Below are positions 25,316 through 32,000 of a stretch of DNA of 32,000 nucleotides, piece after piece. Position numbers and translations under genes: made by a program. The stretch lies in NCBI RefSeq assembly GCF_000473085.1, contig NZ_AXBA01000011.1, positions 15,886 to 47,885 of the forward strand, read 5' to 3'. The number at the start of each line of letters is the position of its first letter. Position 1 is the stretch's first letter. The notes below the pieces were generated by a model. The model was not told the origin of the DNA. It saw only the letters and a program-made list of their open reading frames with translations, and ran no database searches. The DNA comes from Azorhizobium doebereinerae UFLA1-100. Its GTDB lineage: Bacteria; Pseudomonadota; Alphaproteobacteria; Rhizobiales; Xanthobacteraceae.

Positions 25316-26503
25316 TCAGGCCGTCTGTTCCAGTATCGCGGCCACGCCCCGCGCGGGCCAATTGTGCCGGTCGCCCCCCAAGGCGCGGCGGATCCGGGCG
25401 CCATCCTCGTCCACCGTCGGCGCCGCCTTCACCGCATGGGCGCGCTGATGGTCGAAGCTGAAGGCGGGGCGCACCGAGAAAGAGGCACCTTCCGTGCGTT
25501 CGTTCACCGGGACGATCACGCCGAGATGGTTCACCTGCGGGTCTTCGACCACGTCCGGAATGGAATTGATGGGCGCATAGGGCACATCGAACGCCGCGAA
25601 GCGCTCCACCCACTCCGCGCGGTCGCGCTGCGCGAAGATGGCGTTCAGTTCGTCCGACAGTTCCAGATAATTGTCGATGCGCTTCAGGCGGACGGAGAAG
25701 CGCAGGTCGGCGGCGAGCTGCGTCGCGCCGGTGGCCTCCACCAGCGCGTCCCAGAACTTGTCGAGGGAGGAGAGGTGGAAGGCGAACAGCTTCCCATCCT
25801 TGCAGCGCACGATATAGGCCTGCGCGAGGCGCGGCCGGTCGATGCCGGTGGGCTGCTCGCCGAGCGCGAAATAGCCCATGAAGGGCTCCACCGCGAAATG
25901 CATCATGGCTTCGAGCATGGAGATTTCCACCAGCCGCCCCTTGCCGGTGCGCCCTCGTTCGACCAGAGCCCCGGCAATGCCCAGCGCCGCATAGATGCCG
26001 GTGATGGCATCCGCCAGCGCCGGCCCGATGAAGCGCGGCTGCTCGGGATCGATGGCGACGCCCAGGAAGCCGCTCACCGCCTGCGCGACGGAATCGTAGA
26101 CCGGCCGCTTGGCATAAGGCCCGTCCTGGCCGAACCCGCTGATGGAACAATAGACGAGACGCGGATTGATGGCGTGCAGCGTCTCGGCGTCCGCCCCGAT
26201 GCGTCCCGCTGCGCCGGGGCGGAAGTTCTGGATGTAGACGTCGGCATTGCGGATGAGGTCGTAGAAGACCTCCTTGTCGGCCTCGGCCTTCATGTCCAGG
26301 CAGATGCTGCGCTTGTTGCGGTTGTAGGCCTGGAAATGGGCGCTGTAGAAGCCGGTCTTGAAGCTGCGGTAGGGATCGCCGTTGCCGGCGCTTTCCACCT
26401 TGATGACATCGGCACCGAGGTCCGCCAGCATCATGCCGGCGCAGGGGCCGGTGATGAAGGTGCCCTGTTCCACGATGCGCACGTCGTTGAGAACGCCGAA
26501 CAT
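25316..26503 (-). CDS. Family III CoA-transferase (CaiB/BaiF/Frc family)
   Basis: VRIVEQGTFITGPCAGMMLADLGADVIKVE N-terminal signature, and ALADAITG with the candidate catalytic Asp. Start set at MFGVLNDVRIV (ATG 26503) with GAGGAA upstream. Confidence 0.92.
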   Translation of the reverse strand: MFGVLNDVRIVEQGTFITGPCAGMMLADLGADVIKVESAGNGDPYRSFKTGFYSAHFQAYNRNKRSICLDMKAEADKEVFYDLIRNADVYIQNFRPGAAGRIGADAETLHAINPRLVYCSISGFGQDGPYAKRPVYDSVAQAVSGFLGVAIDPEQPRFIGPALADAITGIYAALGIAGALVERGRTGKGRLVEISMLEAMMHFAVEPFMGYFALGEQPTGIDRPRLAQAYIVRCKDGKLFAFHLSSLDKFWDALVEATGATQLAADLRFSVRLKRIDNYLELSDELNAIFAQRDRAEWVERFAAFDVPYAPINSIPDVVEDPQVNHLGVIVPVNERTEGASFSVRPAFSFDHQRAHAVKAAPTVDEDGARIRRALGGDRHNWPARGVAAILEQTA

Positions 26504-26513
26504 CCCGAATTCC

Positions 26514-27326
26514 TCAATTCTCGTTGGCGACGAAACCGTCAGGGGCGGGACCGTCATAGGTGATGGCCGACGAGGCGGCATGGGACATCAGGAAGCCGAT
26601 GGGGTGGACCTGCTCCTCCAGCAGATGGCCGATCAGGCCGGCGGCGCGCGCCAGCAGCGGCACCCCGCGCAGGGCGAGCAGCGGGTAGTCCGCATCCAGC
26701 AGCACGCAGGGGATGGCGCTGGATACGTTCATCACCAGTGGCCGGTTGATGAGCTCCGGCAGCAGCCGCTCCACCGCCAGCGCCACCTCGCAATGGCGCC
26801 CGTGCAGGCCGAGCTCGCGGGCGATGGCCAAAAGGCGCGCGGCGCGGGGATCGGCCCCCTTGTGCAGGGGGTGGCCGTAGCCGGGGATGGCGCGCTTGGC
26901 GGCGCGATAGCCGCGCACGATCTTGGCGATGGCCGCGTCCAGCGAAGCGCCGGTGGCGTCCTGCTCGGCGAGGATTTCCGCGAACAAAGCGCCGGCATCG
27001 GCGGAGGCGCCGAGAATGACGGAGCCGCATCCCAAAAGGCCGGCGGCCACCGCCCCCTGCAAGGCTTCGGGCGCAGAGGCCAATGTCATGCGCGCCGCCT
27101 GCACGCTGGGCACGAGGCCGTGCTCGGCGATGGCGACCAGGGTCGCGTCCAGCATGGCGCGTTGCGCATCGGTGGGCAGGGTGCCGGCGACGAGCAGCCA
27201 GGTGTGGTCGGTGAAGGTGATGCGGCCGATCAGGTCGTTCACCAGGTCATGGCCGCGGACGAGGATGGTATCGGGATTGGATCCCGAGATGCCCGTGGTG
27301 GGCGAGGTTTCAGCACCGATCTTCAA
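26514..27326 (-). CDS. Short citrate-synthase-like protein ('citryl-CoA lyase' family)
   Basis: AIAEHGLVPSVQAARM and PGYGHPLHKGADPRA correspond to the two catalytic-His blocks of citrate synthase. The protein is ~270 aa and lacks the citrate synthase N-terminal region. Start set at TTG 27326 (GGGAGA RBS 6-7 nt upstream). The longer track ORF runs through operator-like DNA and is Arg-rich noise. Confidence 0.78.
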   Translation of the reverse strand: MKIGAETSPTTGISGSNPDTILVRGHDLVNDLIGRITFTDHTWLLVAGTLPTDAQRAMLDATLVAIAEHGLVPSVQAARMTLASAPEALQGAVAAGLLGCGSVILGASADAGALFAEILAEQDATGASLDAAIAKIVRGYRAAKRAIPGYGHPLHKGADPRAARLLAIARELGLHGRHCEVALAVERLLPELINRPLVMNVSSAIPCVLLDADYPLLALRGVPLLARAAGLIGHLLEEQVHPIGFLMSHAASSAITYDGPAPDGFVANEN

Positions 27327-27510
27327 GGTTGTTCTCCCAGGTGGGCCGGGTCCGCCGACATGGTGGATCCGGCGCGCCTGAAGCCCGGCGCGGCGGCACA
27401 ATGCGCGGCCGCGGGCGCGGCACACGGCGGCGCAATCTCCACCACGACGGTGTTCGGGCGCATGGCGTTTTCTCCGGCAAGCTCCGCCCTGAACGGTACG
27501 GGCTTTATTA

Positions 27511-27538
27511 TTTTCGCTGAGCGAATTTTTATTCGCCA
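27511..27538. promoter_or_regulatory. Candidate IclR operator, site 1 (tripartite TTCGC half-site motif), upstream of operon 2
   Basis: TTTTCGCTGAGCGAATTTTTATTCGCCA = palindrome TTCGC-TGA-GCGAA plus a third half-site ATTCGCC. GCGAAT-TTTT-ATTCGC is also an inverted repeat. About 185 nt upstream of the TTG start at 27326. Confidence 0.45.
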
Positions 27539-27663
27539 TAAGCGTGCGGTGAGGCGGTGGGCATGTCAAGAGAAGAAGTGCAGTTTAAAGTCTGCGGCAT
27601 GGCGCACCGCAACATGCCGGCCAGCTTGACAGAGACGGCAATTCTGTCCCTACATCGAATATA

Positions 27664-27687
27664 TTTTCGTTAGACGAATATTCGCCA
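27664..27687. promoter_or_regulatory. Candidate IclR operator, site 2 (same motif), upstream of iclR
   Basis: TTTTCGTTAGACGAATATTCGCCA = palindrome TTCGT-TAG-ACGAA plus the overlapping perfect 10-bp palindrome CGAATATTCG and the terminal ATTCGCCA shared with site 1. It lies 46-64 nt upstream of the iclR start, just downstream of a TTGACA hexamer at 27626-27631. Confidence 0.45.
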
Positions 27688-27732
27688 CGTGTTCGGTAAC
27701 CGGAAGGATGCCTAGCATCCCGCAACGGCGGA

Positions 27733-28590
27733 GTGACACTCATTTCTGAGATGCCGGCCCCCAGCGCCAAGGCCGCGGACGAGCCTGTGCCCGACCGTGG
27801 CGGCACGGAATTCGTGGAGGCCCTTGCGCGTGGTCTCGCCGTTCTGGAGACCTTCGATGCGGGGCATTCGGAGATGTCGCTGACCGAGATCGCGCGGCGC
27901 ACGGGCATGAGCCCCGCGACCGCCCGGCGCAGCCTCCACACCTTGGCCGCGCTGGGCTATGTGCGTCATCACAACAAGCGCTATGTGCTGGCCGCACGCG
28001 TTCTCGCCCTCGGCGCGTCCTATCTGCGCGCCGCCCATGTGGAAGAGGCGCTGATGCCGGAGTTGCGGCGGCTCGTCGCCCAGTTCGGCGACGCCTCCTC
28101 CGTCAGCATTCTCGACGGGCCCAACATCCTCTACGTGGCTCATTGTTCGGAGCAGCGCGCGTCCCGGCCGGCGGCGACCATCGGCGCGACCTATCCGGGC
28201 TATGCCACCTCCATGGGGCGCGTGATGCTCTCGCGGATGCCGCCGGAAGCCATCGAGATGTATCTCGCCCAACTCCGCCCCGCCAAGCTCACCGAGCATA
28301 CCGAGACCGATATCGGAAAGCTGCGCCAGATCCTCGCCGAAGTCCGCCAGCTCGGCTATGCGGTGGTCGTGGATCAACTGGACTATGGGGTCACCTCGCT
28401 CGCCGTTCCCGTAAAGGATCACACCGGGCGGGTGGTCGCTGCCGTCAACAGTTCCGGCTATTCCGGAAAGCTCAGCGCCGACCGTCTCGTCGCCGAACGC
28501 CTGGCCGAATTGCAGATGTCCGCGGCGCGCATCACCCAGGTCTTCGCGCGCTACCCGGCGCTCCTGTATTCGCTCCGCCATGCCGGCTAG
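27733..28590 (+). CDS. IclR-family transcriptional regulator (PcaR/PobR-like)
   Basis: EFVEALARGLAVLETF, HTH MSLTEIARRTGMSPATARRSLHTLAALGYV, and a C-terminal IclR effector domain (VAAVNSSGY). GTG start at 27733, alternative ATG at 27751. Confidence 0.9.
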   Translation: MTLISEMPAPSAKAADEPVPDRGGTEFVEALARGLAVLETFDAGHSEMSLTEIARRTGMSPATARRSLHTLAALGYVRHHNKRYVLAARVLALGASYLRAAHVEEALMPELRRLVAQFGDASSVSILDGPNILYVAHCSEQRASRPAATIGATYPGYATSMGRVMLSRMPPEAIEMYLAQLRPAKLTEHTETDIGKLRQILAEVRQLGYAVVVDQLDYGVTSLAVPVKDHTGRVVAAVNSSGYSGKLSADRLVAERLAELQMSAARITQVFARYPALLYSLRHAG

Positions 28591-28602
28591 GCTCTGGCAT
28601 TT

Positions 28603-30666
28603 TCAGGCGCGCAGGCTGGATCGTCCATCGGGGGCGAGGGGCCGTGCAGGGAGCCATACGGAGAAGGTCGAGCCCTTGCCTTCCTCGCTCTCCACATCCA
28701 TCAGGCCCGCGTAGCGCATCACCAGCGCATAGCTGATGGACAGGCCGAGCCCCGTGCCCTTGCTGGCCTTCGTGGTGAAGAAGGCGTCGAAGATCCGCTC
28801 GCGATGGCCGGCAGGGATGCCGACGCCGGTGTCGCTCACGCTGATGTTGACGCCTTCCTCGCCCCGCCGCGGCTCGTCGCGCGTCGCGATGGTGAGCGTG
28901 CCGCCCTCCGGCATGGCGTGGAGGGCATTCATCAGCAGGTTGACGATCACCTGCTGAAGCTCCGCCCTGTTGATATGGACGCCGCGCGTCGCAGTGTCGT
29001 GGCGAATGACCGTGATGTCCGCGCGATCAAGCAGATGGCGGACGAAGAGCAGGCAGTCGGAAACCACGTCGCCGGGCGCGAGGAAGTCCTCGTCCACCAG
29101 CGGCTGGACCGGGCGGGCGAACTGCAGGAGCTTGTCCACCAGCAGGGTAATGCGCTGGACCTGCTCGTCGATCAGCCGGAACTCCGTTCTGACGGGAACC
29201 GCCTGCGATCCGAGAACCTCACGGGCGACATCGAGATTTCCCTGGATGACGGCGATCGGGTTGTTGATCTCATGCGCAACGCCGGCGGTGATCTCGCCGA
29301 TGGCGGCAAGCTTCTCGGACATGACGAGTTGCGCCTGTGCCGCCTCCAGCCGGCGGTTGGCGGCCTCCAGTTCGCTGGTGCGTCCCGCCACCCGCGCATC
29401 GAGTTCGTTCGCCCAGGCGCGCAGCTCGCGGTCGCGGACCTCGATCCGGTCGAGCAGGGCATCGAGATGGTGCGCGAGGCGGCCGATCTCGTCGGTGGTT
29501 CCGACGGGGCCGGTCCGGGCGTCGAGCTCGCCGGCCTCCACCCGCGTGATCGTGCTGTCCATCTGCTCCAGCGGCCGGAAGATGCCCTGCGCCCACCGCA
29601 GCAGGAAGGGCAGGGCGGCCAGCAGCACCAGCAGGAAGGGGACGGCGATGGCCGCCAGCATGCCGAGCTTGGCGGTCTGGAACGGCCGGTCGAGAAAGCC
29701 GACGTAGAGCATGCCGATGCGGCGGCCATGGCTGTCGAGGATCGGCTCGTAGGCCGAGATGTACCAGTCGTCGACCACGAAGGCGCGGTCGAGCCACACC
29801 CGGCCTTCCTCCAGCACCGAATGGCGCACCGCCTCGGAAACGCGCGTGCCGAGCGCCCGGTCGCCCGCGAACAGCCGCACGTTGGTGCTGATGCGGACAT
29901 CGTCGAGAAACAGGGTCGCCGTGCCGGAGCTGCCCGCCGGCAGGCTGGAGGCCTGATAGACCAGATCGTTGATCGTATCGATGAAGGCGAGGTTCCTGTT
30001 GAGCAGCATGCCGCCGACGAGCGCGCCATGGCTGCCGTCCGGCAGGCGCACGGGTACCGCGGACTGGATCACCATGCCGCGGGTCTCTTCCTGCCGCGCC
30101 GCGGGCATCGCGCCCGGCGTCGCGACGATGGGTATGACGGCCTGGAGGGCGAGGTCGCCGGACAGGTGTCGGAGGTCGGCGGCATCCAGCACGTCGATCG
30201 CGGTTTCCGACATGCCGGCCATCGCCCGGGCGATCACCGGCCATTTCTTCCAGTCGAGGACGCGGTGCTGCGGCGGCGTGGACGCCAGGACGGCGCCATC
30301 GGGGGCGACCACGTAAAGATAATCCAGGGCCAGGCTCGTGCGGCGCTGGGCTAGGAAGGCATCGATCGGCTGCGGCGCCGCGGATGTCAGCAGATCGGCG
30401 AAGGCGGCGGAATCGCCCACCGCGTGCAGCGCCTCGTCGCTGTGCTCCATCAGGCGGTTGAGATACTGGCGGGCGATGGTGAGGTCGCCGCTGACCTTGG
30501 CGGTGAGCAGCCGGTCGAACATCACGCTCCATCCCATCACGGCCAGGATCAGCAGCGCAGGCAGGATGATCACGGTCGGGAGGAGGGCGATGGCGAGGAG
30601 ACGGTAGCGCACCGAATAACGCCAGCGCCGGGGCGGCGCCGGTGCGGGCGTCACGGGATCAGACAT
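28603..30666 (-). CDS. Sensor histidine kinase with a periplasmic Cache-type (Cache_3-Cache_2-like) domain, HAMP, HisKA and HATPase
   Basis: TM1 LLAIALLPTVIILPALLILAVMGW. ~330-aa periplasmic region containing TLFLDDVRISTNV...YISAYEPILDSHGRRIGMLYVGF. TM2 LGMLAAIAVPFLLVLLAALPFLL. H-box GVAHEINNPI, N-box NLLMNALHAM, G-boxes DTGVGI and GTGLGLS. ATG 30666 overlaps the regulator stop (ATGTCTGA). Confidence 0.9.
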   Translation of the reverse strand: MSDPVTPAPAPPRRWRYSVRYRLLAIALLPTVIILPALLILAVMGWSVMFDRLLTAKVSGDLTIARQYLNRLMEHSDEALHAVGDSAAFADLLTSAAPQPIDAFLAQRRTSLALDYLYVVAPDGAVLASTPPQHRVLDWKKWPVIARAMAGMSETAIDVLDAADLRHLSGDLALQAVIPIVATPGAMPAARQEETRGMVIQSAVPVRLPDGSHGALVGGMLLNRNLAFIDTINDLVYQASSLPAGSSGTATLFLDDVRISTNVRLFAGDRALGTRVSEAVRHSVLEEGRVWLDRAFVVDDWYISAYEPILDSHGRRIGMLYVGFLDRPFQTAKLGMLAAIAVPFLLVLLAALPFLLRWAQGIFRPLEQMDSTITRVEAGELDARTGPVGTTDEIGRLAHHLDALLDRIEVRDRELRAWANELDARVAGRTSELEAANRRLEAAQAQLVMSEKLAAIGEITAGVAHEINNPIAVIQGNLDVAREVLGSQAVPVRTEFRLIDEQVQRITLLVDKLLQFARPVQPLVDEDFLAPGDVVSDCLLFVRHLLDRADITVIRHDTATRGVHINRAELQQVIVNLLMNALHAMPEGGTLTIATRDEPRRGEEGVNISVSDTGVGIPAGHRERIFDAFFTTKASKGTGLGLSISYALVMRYAGLMDVESEEGKGSTFSVWLPARPLAPDGRSSLRA

Positions 30667-32000
30667 TCCAGGCTGCGCATTTCCGGTCGAGGGTCTTGCG
30701 CGACACGCCCAGTCGTCGCGCGGCCTCCGCGCGGTTTCCTCCGACACTGTGCAGGATGTGCAGCATGTGGGCGCGCTCCACCTCCTCAAGCGTTTCGCCC
30801 ACGGCGGTGCTGGCGGCGAATGCCGGAGGGGTGGATGAGTGCGGCCGATCTCCCAGGATGATAGTGCGCTCGATCAGGTTGCGCAGCTCGCGGATGTTGC
30901 CGGGCCATTCGTAGCGCTCCAGCTCGGCGATCCGCGCGTCTTCCAGAGCCATTGGCGCGACGCCGAGCTGCTGGGAAATCTCGCTGATGAAGTGGCGGGC
31001 CAGCGGCGCGATGTCCGCCGTGCGCTCGCGCAGCGGCGGCAGGTGGATGTTCACCACGTTCAGCCGGTAGAGCAGGTCGCGCCGCATCTGCCCGCTCGCC
31101 GCCGCCTGTTCCAGGTCGCTGTTGGTGGCGGCGATGATGCGCACGTCCACCGGCACCTCCCGCTCGCTGCCCACGGGGCGGACGCGCTTGTCTTCCAGCA
31201 CACGGAGCAGCTTGGCCTGAAGCGGGAGCGGCAGCTCTCCCACCTCGTCGAGAAACAGGGTTCCGCCCTGGGCGTAGAAGAACAGCCCCTCGCGCGAGGT
31301 GGCCGCGCCGGTGAAGGCGCCCTTCAGATGGCCGAACAGTTCGCTTTCGATCATCTCGGCCGGGATGGCGGCACAGTTCACCGGAACGAAGGGCTTGTCG
31401 GCGCGTGGCGAGCGCATGTGCAGGGCCCGGGCGGTGACTTCCTTGCCGGTACCCGATTCGCCGGTGAGGAGCACGGTGGTCGGCAGGGGCGCCAGCCGCT
31501 CCACCATGTCGCGGACCAGGGACAGGGCGCGGGAGCGGCCGATCAGCTGGCCGATCTGCGAGGCGCCGGCCTCGGGCAGGATATGGAGCTGGCGCCTCAG
31601 CAGAAAATTCTCGCGTCGCAAGCGCGCCCGGTCGAGGCAGCGGGTGACGGCGTTCAGCATCTGGTTCGCCCGGAAGGGCTTTAGGATGAAGTCCGCCGCG
31701 CCCTCGCGCATGGCCTGGATGACGGTGTCGAGATCCGCGAAGGCGGAAATCAGGATGACCTCGCCGAAATAGCCGGAGGCCCGCAGGTCCTGGAGCCAGT
31801 CGAGGCCGTGCTTGCCTTCCATGATGTTGTCGAGCAGCAGCAGGTCGAAGGGCTCGGTTTCGAGCAGGCGCGCGGCCATGTCGGCTGATTCCGCCTCGGC
31901 CACGTGCTTGCAGCGGGAGGCGAGGAGCCGGCACATGAAGTTGCGCATGCCCGCCTCGTCGTCCACCACCAGGATGGAGGCGTTTGCGAGCAGTTGAGTG
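30659..32000 (-). CDS. Sigma54-dependent response regulator (NtrC/Fis family), N-terminus beyond the window edge
   Basis: Receiver ILVVDDE...LLLLDNIM. AAA+ Walker A GESGTGKE, sigma54-contact GAFTGA, C-terminal Fis HTH GGNRAEAARRLGVSRKTLDRK. The frame stays open to base 32000 (..TQLLANASILVVDDE). Confidence 0.93.
   Translation of the reverse strand, partial: TQLLANASILVVDDEAGMRNFMCRLLASRCKHVAEAESADMAARLLETEPFDLLLLDNIMEGKHGLDWLQDLRASGYFGEVILISAFADLDTVIQAMREGAADFILKPFRANQMLNAVTRCLDRARLRRENFLLRRQLHILPEAGASQIGQLIGRSRALSLVRDMVERLAPLPTTVLLTGESGTGKEVTARALHMRSPRADKPFVPVNCAAIPAEMIESELFGHLKGAFTGAATSREGLFFYAQGGTLFLDEVGELPLPLQAKLLRVLEDKRVRPVGSEREVPVDVRIIAATNSDLEQAAASGQMRRDLLYRLNVVNIHLPPLRERTADIAPLARHFISEISQQLGVAPMALEDARIAELERYEWPGNIRELRNLIERTIILGDRPHSSTPPAFAASTAVGETLEEVERAHMLHILHSVGGNRAEAARRLGVSRKTLDRKCAAWNV

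Noticed and set aside
27590-27625. Possible sigma54 promoter or hairpin (CGGCATG-N11-CATGCCG; GGCGCACCGCAACATGC) in the iclR intergenic region
   Set aside because: The GG-to-GC spacing does not fit the -24/-12 consensus (15 instead of 12 nt), and TGGCAC/TTGC are poorly matched. The 7-bp inverted repeat alone is not interpretable.
1-32000. Scan for CRISPR repeats, IS/transposase or integrase genes, tRNA/rRNA, toxin-antitoxin or defence-system genes
   Set aside because: No regularly spaced repeats and no recombinase, nuclease, helicase or methylase-like motifs were seen in any of the supported or leftover ORFs. No cloverleaf-like or rRNA-like segments were recognised by eye. A covariance-model search would be needed to exclude small RNAs formally.

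Overview
High-GC, densely coding chromosomal window that looks alphaproteobacterial (inferred from composition and gene content only). I saw no rRNA, tRNA, CRISPR array, transposase, integrase or phage genes. Left edge (1-4.2 kb): the 3' end of a polar amino-acid ABC importer (two permeases and an ATPase), a ~450-bp scar holding fragments of two unrelated genes, and a 694-aa methyl-accepting chemotaxis protein. Core (~4.5-28.6 kb): a catabolic island made of two convergent operons, each next to its own divergently transcribed regulator. Operon 1 (+ strand, 6.2-18.1 kb) sits beside a MocR/GntR-PLP regulator. It encodes a NIPSNAP protein, a cox-like three-subunit molybdenum hydroxylase (FAD, 2Fe-2S, Mo subunits; no CO-dehydrogenase signature), an ACMSD-type amidohydrolase, a CoxG-like SRPBCC protein, a PcaD-like alpha/beta-hydrolase, a NitT/TauT-type ABC importer with two divergent binding proteins, and a UbiD-family decarboxylase. 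Operon 2 (- strand, 27.3-18.3 kb) sits beside an IclR regulator. It encodes a short citrate-synthase-like 'citryl-CoA lyase', a family III CoA-transferase, a LigB/LigA extradiol dioxygenase, a Liv-type ABC importer (SBP, two permeases, two ATPases) and a D-2-hydroxyacid dehydrogenase. Right edge: a Cache/HAMP sensor kinase translationally coupled to a sigma54-dependent NtrC-type response regulator that runs off the window. The main lead is that this enzyme set matches no complete textbook aromatic or N-heteroaromatic pathway I can name, so the substrate is unassigned. Both regulator-operon intergenic regions also carry conspicuous repeated operator-like motifs. Many long ORFs in the six-frame track are antisense shadow ORFs or N-terminally over-extended; I re-set starts from RBS, stop/start overlap and homology logic.
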